From Opitutales bacterium (GTDB lineage: Bacteria > Verrucomicrobiota > Verrucomicrobiia > Opitutales > JABSRG01): DNA of 64,000 nt. The stretch spans positions 17,794-81,793 of the forward strand of contig JABSRG010000003.1 of NCBI GenBank assembly GCA_013215165.1, written 5' to 3'. Below the pieces are notes generated by a model. It was not told where the DNA came from, ran no database searches, and saw nothing but the letters and a program-made list of their open reading frames with translations. Within the stretch, counting starts at the first letter, position 1. Each line of letters starts with the position of its first letter. Positions 9,370 to 18,163 of the stretch are shown in pieces. Made by a program: the position numbers and the translations under genes.

Positions 9370-10611
9370 GTGCAATTTTGTCGAATAAATGTCTGCGTAA
9401 CACTCTTTCTCGTCTCCCTGACATTTGCATCCAAGCTTGCCGCAGAGACGGAGTTCCTAGCCCTGCAGAAGCGGGTCACAGATATCTACGAAAGGTATTC
9501 CGATGCTGTTGTGCGGGTAAAAGCCTACAGCAAGGTAGCTGATGCTGATGCAGGCGCCGAAGGCGTGAGGATTTCCGTCAAAATCGGCTCGGGCTTTTTT
9601 ATCAGCAACGAGGGGCTCATCCTCGTAAATGCAAGCCGCGTCGCCGATGCTGAACGCGTAGTAATTGAACATCGAGGAACGGATTATCTGGCAAATATTG
9701 TAGGGATGGATGAACAGATAAACGTGGCTCTCCTCAAAGCTGAGTTTCTCCCGGATGAGTTTGAATTTATTCGTATGAACGACGCCACACAGCTCCCGTC
9801 CACAGGGACTCTGGCGGTGAGTATTTCCTGCCCCTTTACGTTCTCGCCTGCGCCCCGTCTGACCATGGTTGTCGGTCAGGATACAAAATTTCTCCAGAGA
9901 CTTTTTCCTACGACATATTTACGCGTGGACCATCAATTGAGCAAAGGAGAAGGCGGTGGCCCGATCATCGACCTGCAAGGGCGTTTAATCGGGATGCTGA
10001 TTGTCTCGATACAGGAGACGGTCGCCTCTTACGCACTCCCGGCACGCGCCATAAACAAAGTAAAGGATGACCTCTTGCTTGAGGGACGGGTCGTCTATGC
10101 CAGCGTGGGAGTCGAAGTCGAACAACACTCGCTGCGCGGCGGCGAATCAAGGGTCATTGTCAAAGCGGTAAATCCAGAGTCGCCCGCCGATCTTGCGGGG
10201 ATTATCCCCGGAGATATCGTGCAGCGTGTCGGCGATTACTCTATAAATGATATCAGCGATTTCCCGAATGCCATGTTCTTCATCCGCGTCGGCGAGTTCG
10301 TCACCTTTGAGTTGGATCGTGACGGGACTGCGATGGAGATGAATATGCAGACTGTGGTACGTCCCAGTGATGAGCCGTTCATCGAGATCAAACCACTGAC
10401 GCGACAAGAGGCAGAGTTGCTTGTCGAAGATGCATCAGGATCTGAAACTTCCGAAAAACCTGAGCAGCCTCAGGATGAACCTGGTATGCCAGAGCCAAAG
10501 CCGGAAGTAAAAGGTGATGAAGCGACTTCCACCACCACAATAGAAGAGATACCTGACGCGTTTTCAGTGGATAAGGACAAGCCAGGCCCCGTATTGGCGA
10601 TCGAAGAATGA
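9370..10611 (+). CDS. HtrA/DegS-like trypsin-fold + PDZ protein with a substituted catalytic triad (pseudoprotease)
   Basis: Signal peptide, then the HtrA core GSGFFISNEGLILVN. The triad positions read VNASRV (Ser for His), INVALLK (Asn for Asp) and GEGGGP (Gly for Ser). A PDZ-like segment follows (VIVKAVNPESPADLAGIIPGDIVQRVGDYSIND), then an acidic low-complexity tail. GTG start. Confidence 0.8.
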   Translation: MQFCRINVCVTLFLVSLTFASKLAAETEFLALQKRVTDIYERYSDAVVRVKAYSKVADADAGAEGVRISVKIGSGFFISNEGLILVNASRVADAERVVIEHRGTDYLANIVGMDEQINVALLKAEFLPDEFEFIRMNDATQLPSTGTLAVSISCPFTFSPAPRLTMVVGQDTKFLQRLFPTTYLRVDHQLSKGEGGGPIIDLQGRLIGMLIVSIQETVASYALPARAINKVKDDLLLEGRVVYASVGVEVEQHSLRGGESRVIVKAVNPESPADLAGIIPGDIVQRVGDYSINDISDFPNAMFFIRVGEFVTFELDRDGTAMEMNMQTVVRPSDEPFIEIKPLTRQEAELLVEDASGSETSEKPEQPQDEPGMPEPKPEVKGDEATSTTTIEEIPDAFSVDKDKPGPVLAIEE

Positions 10612-10764
10612 GTGTTGTTGCTTCCTGTTGAAAAAACCAATCCTCCAGACAATCAACAAGTTTTGTGAGTGTGATACATGAGAACTGAGGGTTTTCCAGA
10701 CCGGCTCACGGAAAACAGGCTCAATACGCGAACAGAGCAGGCTTGAGGTTGATATTCGAAGGGA

Positions 10765-10953
10765 TCATACGCCGGCACTTATACGACTGATGCCCTTTGT
10801 CAGGCTTAAGATCTGAATGGCCTGGTAAGGATTGAAAACGAGGAGATCCTGATCTCCAGAAATGATACACGTTTCTGACGCCGCGATGGCCTGTTCCAGA
10901 AACCTGTTGTCTTTTGGGTCCAAGCACACGGTGACAAAGTCTTTGATCCTAAA
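10765..10953 (-). pseudogene. C-terminal fragment of a PIN_3-type toxin (TA-system remnant)
   Basis: A 62-codon open frame with no ATG, absent from the ORF track. It reads FRIKDFVTVCLDPKDNRFLEQAIAASETCIISGDQDLLVFNPYQAIQILSL. This matches the C-terminal RDPkDnkfLelA...TgDkdLL pattern of PIN_3 proteins. The N-terminal half is missing or frame-scrambled. Confidence 0.5.
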
Positions 10954-11045
10954 CTATTCACCGACCTTGGGCGATCTATTGGATAATCCGAGTTCAATGC
11001 ATCCGCATGATCGATTCAGCCAAAAACGCTCAAACGTTCCACTGC

Positions 11046-11876
11046 CTAGTAACTATGCACCGCATCGCCTTGACCCACGATGTCTCCAAAAGCGTCGAGG
11101 ACATCATACTCTGCCGGAACCCAATGACGATGGTCCACCCATTCATAACCTCTTGTGTAAAATATGCGCAGGAACACGATCCCGTTTTCAGGAACGTCCA
11201 CATAGTGGCCTTGTGACTCTTCTTTGTGGCCCACACCCTGCCTAATCCAGGCGCGATTGGGAGTATTTACACTGGGTTTGTAGAAACCATAGAGCCCTTT
11301 GCGGCTGCGGCTTTCAAATCGATATAATTCCTTCCCTTCGAAATTTGTGATAACATCCTCTGCACCATCTTGGTAGATAATAAGAGGATTATCGTAGCCG
11401 ACTATCCTCTTATCCTGCGGGATTATTACCCGTCCAGATGCGCTCTCCTTGATTCCATAAACCCCAGAATTTCGACGTGCTATAGGTTCGACGTCAGGTG
11501 GCCGGGTGATGAGGCGCAGGGTGGATGCTGAGAAACCGAGCCTTTCCAAATAGTCTGTTCGCCGTGCTCGCTCGGCCTTAGCTTGAGACTCTTCGATAAA
11601 CCATCCGTTCATTTCGAAATTGTAGCCTTGCACCTGGATATTCTCATCTTCGAGGCGCGCTTGAAGGCGTGTACTCAAGCGGTCTGTCGGTTGCACGCCA
11701 TCGAACAGAGCCTCAACTGATGTGAAGTCTTCGGCGTATACTTCGGTCAGATAAGCCGTCTTTGCTGATTGAGACCAAGCCAAGGCGAATCCGAAATAGG
11801 TGCGCTCAGAAGCACCCAGAGTGGCTGTGAAAAGGATCGGCAACGCAGATAAAAGGAATAGTTGGACGCTGTTCAT
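11046..11876 (-). CDS. secreted protein of unknown function (shared N-terminal module + WG-like beta repeats)
   Basis: Signal peptide. The N-terminal ~100 aa is paralogous to the upstream gene (YFGFALAWS ... NGWFIEESQAKAERARRTDYLERL). The C-terminal part has KWG-like repeats (GVYGIKESASGRVIIPQDKRIVGYD, GLYGFYKPS). Its start overlaps the upstream stop by 4 nt. Confidence 0.7.
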   Translation of the reverse strand: MNSVQLFLLSALPILFTATLGASERTYFGFALAWSQSAKTAYLTEVYAEDFTSVEALFDGVQPTDRLSTRLQARLEDENIQVQGYNFEMNGWFIEESQAKAERARRTDYLERLGFSASTLRLITRPPDVEPIARRNSGVYGIKESASGRVIIPQDKRIVGYDNPLIIYQDGAEDVITNFEGKELYRFESRSRKGLYGFYKPSVNTPNRAWIRQGVGHKEESQGHYVDVPENGIVFLRIFYTRGYEWVDHRHWVPAEYDVLDAFGDIVGQGDAVHSY

Positions 11877-12901
11877 TCGCTGGATTCGTTCGCTTTCTTA
11901 GTTGCCTGCTCGATGCGTAACTTGATGTTGTGCAGAATGTTATCGGATATACCTTTGACTGTGAAAGGGTCCACCCGATCGAGCCATGATGCTTCCCAGA
12001 TGGTGCTATCGTGGATATTGGGGATATTCAGATCTTTGAAAAACTGGTCGACCTCCGCGTTCTCAAACGTATCAGTGAGGGTGGTGAGCTTCTGGGTGCG
12101 GAATGGGAAAAACATTTTGCCTTCCCAGCGATCGACCGGCGTCGTTGCTACCTTCATATCATCTAACAGCTCATCGAGTTTTGATGGTGCCGGCGTGTAG
12201 ACGTTGAAGATGACATCCATGTGTTGTCCACCTTTCACGATAGTGATGGGAAATTTCATGAAGCGGCGCATGTCATTACGACTCAGTTGTTCGCGAGTGG
12301 GTTGTTCCCAATAGACCTCTTCAATGACCAAAGGGCCGTATTCAGCTTTCAAATAAGGATAGCCGAAAAATGAGAACTGGGCTCGGCAGGTGATGCGCCC
12401 GGTTATGACAAGGCCACCCGTCGTAATGCTGAATTCGCGTGTATCACGAAAAGTTGGTATTAAGCTGCCTTGCTGGATCTCGCGAGTTTTGCCAATGATT
12501 CCCCCAAAGCGCTCTGTTACCGTATATTTGATTCTGTCTTCTAAGTAGCTTTTGCGTCTAGCTCGTTGAGCCTCGGCTTGCGGCCGCGAATCATACCAGC
12601 CGACAATTTCAGCATGATTCCAAGCCGTTTTACGCATGTCTGGCTCGTGGATCAAGGTGTCGCCCCATGACTGTAGTAAGCTTGCTCGTGTGCCCGCGTC
12701 GGCGTCCAGGGTCGCCGTGGGCACTACGGGAAGTGTGAAGATTTCGGATACCACGGCTTGTTGGTCTCGGTCTGACCATGCTAAGGCGAAGCCATATTGA
12801 AGTGTGTAGTCGGCACCCGCCGTAATCGGTTGGGCGATGGCGAAAGGCATGCTCAGGGCGCACATAGCTAGAGAAAGGACTCGGGGAATAAATCGCTTCA
12901 T
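11873..12901 (-). CDS. secreted protein of unknown function (shared N-terminal module)
   Basis: Signal peptide (ALSMPFAIAQ). The N-terminal module (QYGFALAWS ... VGWYDSRPQAEAQRARRKSYLEDRI) is paralogous to 11046-11876. The C-terminal ~220 aa has no recognisable motif. Confidence 0.7.
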   Translation of the reverse strand: MKRFIPRVLSLAMCALSMPFAIAQPITAGADYTLQYGFALAWSDRDQQAVVSEIFTLPVVPTATLDADAGTRASLLQSWGDTLIHEPDMRKTAWNHAEIVGWYDSRPQAEAQRARRKSYLEDRIKYTVTERFGGIIGKTREIQQGSLIPTFRDTREFSITTGGLVITGRITCRAQFSFFGYPYLKAEYGPLVIEEVYWEQPTREQLSRNDMRRFMKFPITIVKGGQHMDVIFNVYTPAPSKLDELLDDMKVATTPVDRWEGKMFFPFRTQKLTTLTDTFENAEVDQFFKDLNIPNIHDSTIWEASWLDRVDPFTVKGISDNILHNIKLRIEQATKKANESSE

Positions 12902-12918
12902 TGGCTTGAATCAAAATA

Positions 12919-13335
12919 TCAGTAGCCCTCGCCGCCGCTGATGGATCGGCCGTTTTCATCCAATACCCGATAGACAACGGGGCAATTTCGGTCGTCAAAA
13001 GCCTCGTTTCCGGAATCCAATAGAATCATACGCACAAGGCAGCCGCGCTCGGGCACATAGACATAGCGGCGTTGTGTGCGCCCCACATCAGTAAACACAT
13101 ATAGTTCATCCAGATCACTGCCCGGCGTGATGGCAAAGGCGAATTCAGATTCAGCGACGGGTTCGCCTAGACGGTTCCAGGCGACTAAGCGGTTGTTCTT
13201 CCCATCTTTACCAGTAATTACAGGACCTAAGAATTGCCAGATCGTATACTCGGGCTGTATCACAATTCTGCCCGTAGATTGATTGCGCACACCCTGTTTA
13301 CCGGACTCTCCGAAAACCTCAAAATCCTGGTCCAA
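12919..13335 (-). CDS. small protein of unknown function with a WG-like repeat; non-ATG (TTG) start
   Basis: 138 codons. The only available start is TTG at 13335, and it overlaps the end of the upstream gene by 17 nt. No signal peptide. GKQGVRNQSTGRIVIQPEYTIW resembles a WG beta repeat. Confidence 0.55.
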   Translation of the reverse strand: MDQDFEVFGESGKQGVRNQSTGRIVIQPEYTIWQFLGPVITGKDGKNNRLVAWNRLGEPVAESEFAFAITPGSDLDELYVFTDVGRTQRRYVYVPERGCLVRMILLDSGNEAFDDRNCPVVYRVLDENGRSISGGEGY

Positions 13336-14092
13336 GGCTAAAGGTCTTGCGGCTTGTCTCAGCCTGCAGGCTCACCTTGAGCTGAGCGAATCTCGAATTC
13401 CCTGCAGATCGCGCCACACGCTCCTCCCAACTTTCATGGATCCATACTGCATAGTCATAGGCCTCCCTGTCGCGAATCATGTAGGGCATGACGCGGTTCA
13501 CATCCTTCAACAGTGTGATCATTTGAAGGGTGTCCTCGCGAAATTGGCCGCCCGCCTCTTTGTAGCGCGGAAGCACTTCAGAGAGACAGTGATCGATCAG
13601 CACGCGTTCGTTTCCATACTCAGCTGCCCAGAACCACGTATCATTAGAAAGGGGAACGTTTTCCAAAAGCCATGTTTGCCAGGTCTCCGATGGAATCAAA
13701 TGCGCTTCAGAGGTGGGGCCTCCCCACTCAATAATGCTTTCCAGCGCGGCCTTTTCGGTGCCCGCTGCGTCCCAAGAGTCAAAGGACCCACGTAGATCAT
13801 CATAACGCGCTCGTGCTTTCTCCCAAGACGCTAAGTCCATGACTGCCGCGCGCTCATACTGGAGTGCTAAAAAATCGATCCATTTGGCAAAGGAGGGGTC
13901 TTTAGCCGTCATCTCCGCCGTATCCCGCTGCAACGCCGAGGCCACTGTCTTAGGACCGGCCAGCCTATTGCGCCACCGCTCGAGCCCAGCCTCAATACGA
14001 GCATCGGCTGGAAGCAACGCCTGCGCAAACGCATCCGAAATCCCCAAAATCGGCCATAAAACCAACCCCATACAGCAAACTAAAGCCTTCAC
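13319..14092 (-). CDS. secreted, probably alpha-helical protein of unknown function
   Basis: 257 aa with a signal peptide (LVLWPILGISDAFAQA). GTG start 56 nt downstream of tRNA-Arg on the same strand. First gene of the four-gene cluster. Confidence 0.65.
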   Translation of the reverse strand: MKALVCCMGLVLWPILGISDAFAQALLPADARIEAGLERWRNRLAGPKTVASALQRDTAEMTAKDPSFAKWIDFLALQYERAAVMDLASWEKARARYDDLRGSFDSWDAAGTEKAALESIIEWGGPTSEAHLIPSETWQTWLLENVPLSNDTWFWAAEYGNERVLIDHCLSEVLPRYKEAGGQFREDTLQMITLLKDVNRVMPYMIRDREAYDYAVWIHESWEERVARSAGNSRFAQLKVSLQAETSRKTFSLGPGF

Positions 14093-14148
14093 AAAATAGC
14101 TCTAAGAGAAATCGAGCGCTCAAGAAAGAAACTTTTCACTTCCAAAAC

Positions 14149-14223
14149 TGGCACTCCCGCCGGGATTCGAACCCAGATTTTCGGCTCCGGAAACCGACGC
14201 TCTATCCATTGAACTACGGGAGC
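14149..14223 (-). tRNA. tRNA-Arg (anticodon CCG)
   Basis: The reverse complement folds as a 75-nt cloverleaf. Acceptor GCTCCCG/CGGGAGT, anticodon arm TCGGT-TTCCGGA-GCCGA, T arm CTGGG-TTCGAAT-CCCGG, encoded CCA. Confidence 0.9.
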
Positions 14224-14279
14224 AATGTAGTGGAGGGGTGGATGAAAGGGGGATGGGTGCGTTGAGACAAGTCTCAAGA

Positions 14280-15446
14280 TCACATGGGGTGGCGGAGGCA
14301 GGCGCAGGTGCCGCCGTCGGGCATAGGCTCGAGGGTGATGTCGCCACCTAGGCTGCGGGCGGAGTGACGGGCTACAGAGAGGCCCATGCCGCAGCCGACG
14401 TGGGTTTTTGTCGATACAAAGGGCTCAAAGAGGGTGTCTTCCACTGAGGCTTCGACGCCTGAGCCTTGGTCGATCACTTTTATCAGGCAAAATCTTTGGT
14501 CAGTTATGTCGACGACATCAAATTCGATTTGGACTGTCCGCGGTCCGCTGTGGCTGGAGGGATAGGCCTCGTAGGCATTGTGCATCAGCGCCACGAGGAT
14601 GGTCTCAAAGATTTCGCTGTTCGCGTTGAGTGTGATCTCACTGAGGTTTTCCGCTATTACGAAATCGGCATTCAGTGGCATCTGTTTGTGATGTTCGGCA
14701 AAGCGTTCTGTCGCTTTTCTTATGAGCCGGTCGAGCTTGATGGGTGTCAGCTCAATGCGATCTATGTCGGAGAGGCTGGAGAGCTGACGCACGATATCGA
14801 CGACGCGTCCGACGGCTTTGTCCATGAGGCCCACGCTGCGTTCGATGAGCTGGGGGTTTTGCAGACCGGTTTTCATTAGGTCGAGGTAGCCCACGACGAC
14901 GCCGAGGAGGTTGTTTAAATTGTGAGCGATCCCTTGGGTGATAGCGCCTACAGCTGCTTTGCGTCGGGCCTCGGAAAGGCGGTTCTGTAGGTCGATATTC
15001 TCGCGAAAAATCTGCTGAAACCTGAGCTGAGTGTGGACGCGTGCGAGGGTTTCATCGAGGTCAATCGGTTTAGTGATGTAGTCGATGGCCCCAGCGTCCA
15101 AGCCTTCGATCTTACCTTCTTTAGTCGATTTTGCGGTGATGAAAATGACTGGGATTGATTCGGAGCGCGGATCCGATTTTAGGCGCTGGCAGGTCTCGAT
15201 GCCGTCCATTTCGGGCATCATGACATCGAGGAGGATCAGGTCGGGAATCTCTTTTTTGACGAGATCCAGGCATTCATAGCCGGTACGCGCCACCATGACT
15301 TTGAAGTTATGTCGCTCGAGTTTGCGCTGAAGTAGGCGAATGTTTATAGGTTGATCGTCGACCACCATGATCTTTGAGCCCGCAAAGGGAGAAGGTTGCG
15401 CTTCGAGCGGGTTTCTAATCAGTGGCGTGGAGGCAGTGGGATCCAT
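14280..15446 (-). CDS. hybrid response regulator / histidine kinase (N-terminal REC, then HisKA + HATPase)
   Basis: REC domain (KIMVVDDQPINIRLL ... DLILLDVMMPEMDG ... TAKS). H-box ITQGIAHNLNNLLGVVVGY. ATPase G-boxes (DQGSGV, GCGMGLSVAR). Confidence 0.85.
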   Translation of the reverse strand: MDPTASTPLIRNPLEAQPSPFAGSKIMVVDDQPINIRLLQRKLERHNFKVMVARTGYECLDLVKKEIPDLILLDVMMPEMDGIETCQRLKSDPRSESIPVIFITAKSTKEGKIEGLDAGAIDYITKPIDLDETLARVHTQLRFQQIFRENIDLQNRLSEARRKAAVGAITQGIAHNLNNLLGVVVGYLDLMKTGLQNPQLIERSVGLMDKAVGRVVDIVRQLSSLSDIDRIELTPIKLDRLIRKATERFAEHHKQMPLNADFVIAENLSEITLNANSEIFETILVALMHNAYEAYPSSHSGPRTVQIEFDVVDITDQRFCLIKVIDQGSGVEASVEDTLFEPFVSTKTHVGCGMGLSVARHSARSLGGDITLEPMPDGGTCACLRHPM

Positions 15447-15513
15447 ATGGAGTCAAACTAACAGCATAGAAGTCGGTTGTAGGCCGTTAATCGTGAGGAA
15501 GATGTTGTGGGGT

Positions 15514-16398
15514 TCATCCTTTCGCTTGGCGCGCGAGCATAGCTTCGAAGGTGTTTCTCATTAGGATAGAGACCGTCATGGGGCCGACCCCGCCGGGAAC
15601 GGGGGTGATCTTTGAGGCGATCTGTGAGACCGATTCGAAATGCACGTCACCGGCGATCCTATATCCGCGTTTTTTCGAGGCGTCAGGGATGCGATTAACG
15701 CCGACGTCGATGACCACGGCGCCAGGCTTTACCATGTCCGCGGTAACGAATTCTGGCTTACCAATTGCGGCAACAAGGATGTCGGCTGAGCGGGTGAAAT
15801 CGGCCAGATTTTGTGTGCGTGAATGGCAGGTGGTGACGGTGGCGTTGCCTGTGGGTGACTTTTGAATAAGGAGCTGGGCGACGGTCTTTCCTACAATGAG
15901 AGATCGTCCAAGGACTACCGCGTGTTTGCCGCTGGTTTCCACGCCTGAGCGTTTCAATAGTTCCATGATTCCCGACGGGGTGCAGGACACACGAGCGTTG
16001 GGATCTTCTTGTGCGATGAGACCCAGGTTTTGGGCATTGAAGCCGTCGACGTCTTTCTCCGGGGATACGAGGTTGAATATGTATTGCTCGTCAATGTGTG
16101 CACCCATGGGGCTCTGAACGAGAATGCCGTCCACTGAGTCGTCGGTATTGAGGCGCATGACGTGTTCAGCGAGTGCTTCTTGGGAAATGTCCTCAGGATA
16201 TACTTCGAGCGAGGCGTTCATGCCTAGTTTTGCCGCGGTGAGTTCTTTTTTTCTCACGTAGGATACCGATGCTGGGTCTTCCCCGACTCGGACGAATACG
16301 ACATGCGGTGGACGGCCGTCATGTGCTTCGATCCGGGCTTTTAGTTCATGAATAATATCTTGGGCGACTTGGTTTCCGTCGATGATTTCGGCAGGCAT
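15514..16398 (-). CDS. folD: bifunctional methylenetetrahydrofolate dehydrogenase / methenyl-THF cyclohydrolase
   Basis: 294 aa. Motifs VGEDPASVSYVRKK, GILVQSP, GRSLIVGKTVAQLL and PVPGGVGPMTV are diagnostic of FolD. Confidence 0.95.
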   Translation of the reverse strand: MPAEIIDGNQVAQDIIHELKARIEAHDGRPPHVVFVRVGEDPASVSYVRKKELTAAKLGMNASLEVYPEDISQEALAEHVMRLNTDDSVDGILVQSPMGAHIDEQYIFNLVSPEKDVDGFNAQNLGLIAQEDPNARVSCTPSGIMELLKRSGVETSGKHAVVLGRSLIVGKTVAQLLIQKSPTGNATVTTCHSRTQNLADFTRSADILVAAIGKPEFVTADMVKPGAVVIDVGVNRIPDASKKRGYRIAGDVHFESVSQIASKITPVPGGVGPMTVSILMRNTFEAMLARQAKG

Positions 16399-16419
16399 GG
16401 TATGGAGGTTGGAGCAGAA

Positions 16420-17337
16420 TCAGTATACGATCTGGATGTGACGCACCTCGATGGTGCGGTGTTTAGAATAGCTGCTGTCGATGATTATTCCTTGTAGCGT
16501 AATCGAGCGGTCGTGATAGCGCGTTAAGGGTAGGGTGGTGACTAGGGCATCCAGGTTAAGCCAAGCGAGGCGTTTCTTGCCGTCTGGGCTGTAGAGGCCG
16601 GCGACTTCACGCGGTTTGCGTTTAAAAATTCCATCTTTCTCGAGCTTAAACACCCCACTGAATTGGGTGAAAATATCGCGTGGAGGTTTGATGCGTGGCG
16701 CTTCCGAGGTGCCGTCGCTGAGTGCTTGATCTGCTTCTGAGCCGAATACATCGAGGGTTTCCAGGGTCTCAGGATCAGAGTCTGGAAGGGGAGCAGTTAC
16801 CGGCGCGGGTGCAAAGTCTCCTGGGGGGGCTGGGGCTTGTTGTGCGATGGGCGCGTTCAAGGCATTGAGGTTTTCCCGGTTTGCTGCGTCTTGAAGAAAA
16901 TAGAGGGGAATGGCTTTCGAGAAGGTGATTCCAGCGAAGTCTGTATCCCCTCGATTTACTTCGTAGGTATCGTCCTCCTGAAGAATACCGAGGACGGGGC
17001 TTTCCTCTGTAGGAGAGCGATAGACGAGTGTTGCAGGTTCCACCTTGAGCTGCTTGGTGACATTGTCGGTCTTTACGTATCCGGTGTAGGTTCCAGGATA
17101 TTCGACCCAACGCCAACCTTGAGCTGCTTGTTGTTCATCAAGGACGGGATAAATTTTAAAATTTTCGAGTTCTGCTATGGAAAGCGAGGTCACTGAGGGC
17201 TCGCTGAGGTCGGGCTGGTAGTAGAGCGGTACTTGCGCGAGGGTGCTACTCACTAGGCCGAGAAAAAGACTCGTATATAAGAAAAATCTATCGCTCATGA
17301 CGATGATGGGATTGTGAGGTTCAACGGTGGTTTTCAA
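16420..17337 (-). CDS. hypothetical exported protein
   Basis: 305-aa ORF with an N-terminal hydrophobic segment and a Pro/Ala-rich linker. Its start overlaps the rluB stop by 4 nt. An alternative start is ATG 17298 (MSDRFFLY). Confidence 0.55.
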   Translation of the reverse strand: MKTTVEPHNPIIVMSDRFFLYTSLFLGLVSSTLAQVPLYYQPDLSEPSVTSLSIAELENFKIYPVLDEQQAAQGWRWVEYPGTYTGYVKTDNVTKQLKVEPATLVYRSPTEESPVLGILQEDDTYEVNRGDTDFAGITFSKAIPLYFLQDAANRENLNALNAPIAQQAPAPPGDFAPAPVTAPLPDSDPETLETLDVFGSEADQALSDGTSEAPRIKPPRDIFTQFSGVFKLEKDGIFKRKPREVAGLYSPDGKKRLAWLNLDALVTTLPLTRYHDRSITLQGIIIDSSYSKHRTIEVRHIQIVY

Positions 17338-18071
17338 ATGAATAATGAGTCGATTTCTTTGCTTTTAAGGAGCTTGCACTCACCGACAGGGATGCCGCGC
17401 ATGATAAGTTTGCCGATTTGTATGCGCTGTAGGCGGTCAACATGATAGCCGAAGTCCGCGAAAAGACGGCGGATTTCGCGTTTTTTGCCGTGTGAGATAT
17501 GGATCTCCAAGCGCTGACCTGACTTTACCTTACCACGCGAAACGATCACTTTTTCAAATTGGAGATGCTCGCCTTCAACCCGTCGGCCTTCGATCAGCTT
17601 GGGGATGAGCTGGATATCTAACGGCTTATGAATTTCCACGCGGTAGCGTTTTACGACTGTGAATGAGGGGTGCATGATGCGCTGGGCCATATCGCCATCA
17701 TTGGTGAGGATAACCAAGCCTTCGGAATCCTTGTCCAGGCGTCCCGCGCAGAAAAGGCGTTGTTTCCGATAGGTCGGTGGCAATAGGTCAAAGACGGTCT
17801 GGCTATTGTGTGGATCGTCATTGGAGCAGATGAATCCCTTGGGCTTATTGAGCATGAGGGTGATTTTGCGCTCCATGTCGCCCATGGAGAGCATTTTACC
17901 TTTCACCGAGATACGATCGCGGCGAGGGTCTGCTTTTTGGCCGATTTCGGCTATTTTGCCATTCACGCGCACGAGGCCATCGGTGATCCATGTTTCCGCT
18001 TGCCGGCGTGAAGCCAGACCACGGTCTGCGATTATTTTTTGGATGCGGATAGCGGAATCGGTGTTTTCCAT
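17334..18071 (-). CDS. rluB: 23S/16S rRNA pseudouridine synthase, RsuA/RluB family
   Basis: N-terminal S4 domain (RIQKIIADRGLASRRQAETWITDGLVRVNG) and catalytic motif GRLDKDSEGLVILTNDG. Confidence 0.85.
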   Translation of the reverse strand: MENTDSAIRIQKIIADRGLASRRQAETWITDGLVRVNGKIAEIGQKADPRRDRISVKGKMLSMGDMERKITLMLNKPKGFICSNDDPHNSQTVFDLLPPTYRKQRLFCAGRLDKDSEGLVILTNDGDMAQRIMHPSFTVVKRYRVEIHKPLDIQLIPKLIEGRRVEGEHLQFEKVIVSRGKVKSGQRLEIHISHGKKREIRRLFADFGYHVDRLQRIQIGKLIMRGIPVGECKLLKSKEIDSLFI

Positions 18072-18163
18072 TTATTTAAGGGCCTGTCTCAATTGATCAT
18101 TGAAAACCAAATCGGGGTGAGGCTACAACCCTGGGTTTTCCTTAACGAAAACGCATACAAATC

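Noticed and set aside
10612-14223. A genomic island integrated at tRNA-Arg(CCG), comprising the four-gene cluster plus the PIN remnant.
   Set aside because: I found no direct repeat of the tRNA 3' end at the far boundary; only a 7-nt ATTCGAA match near 10753. There is no integrase and no obvious compositional shift. Island status is not supported from this window alone.
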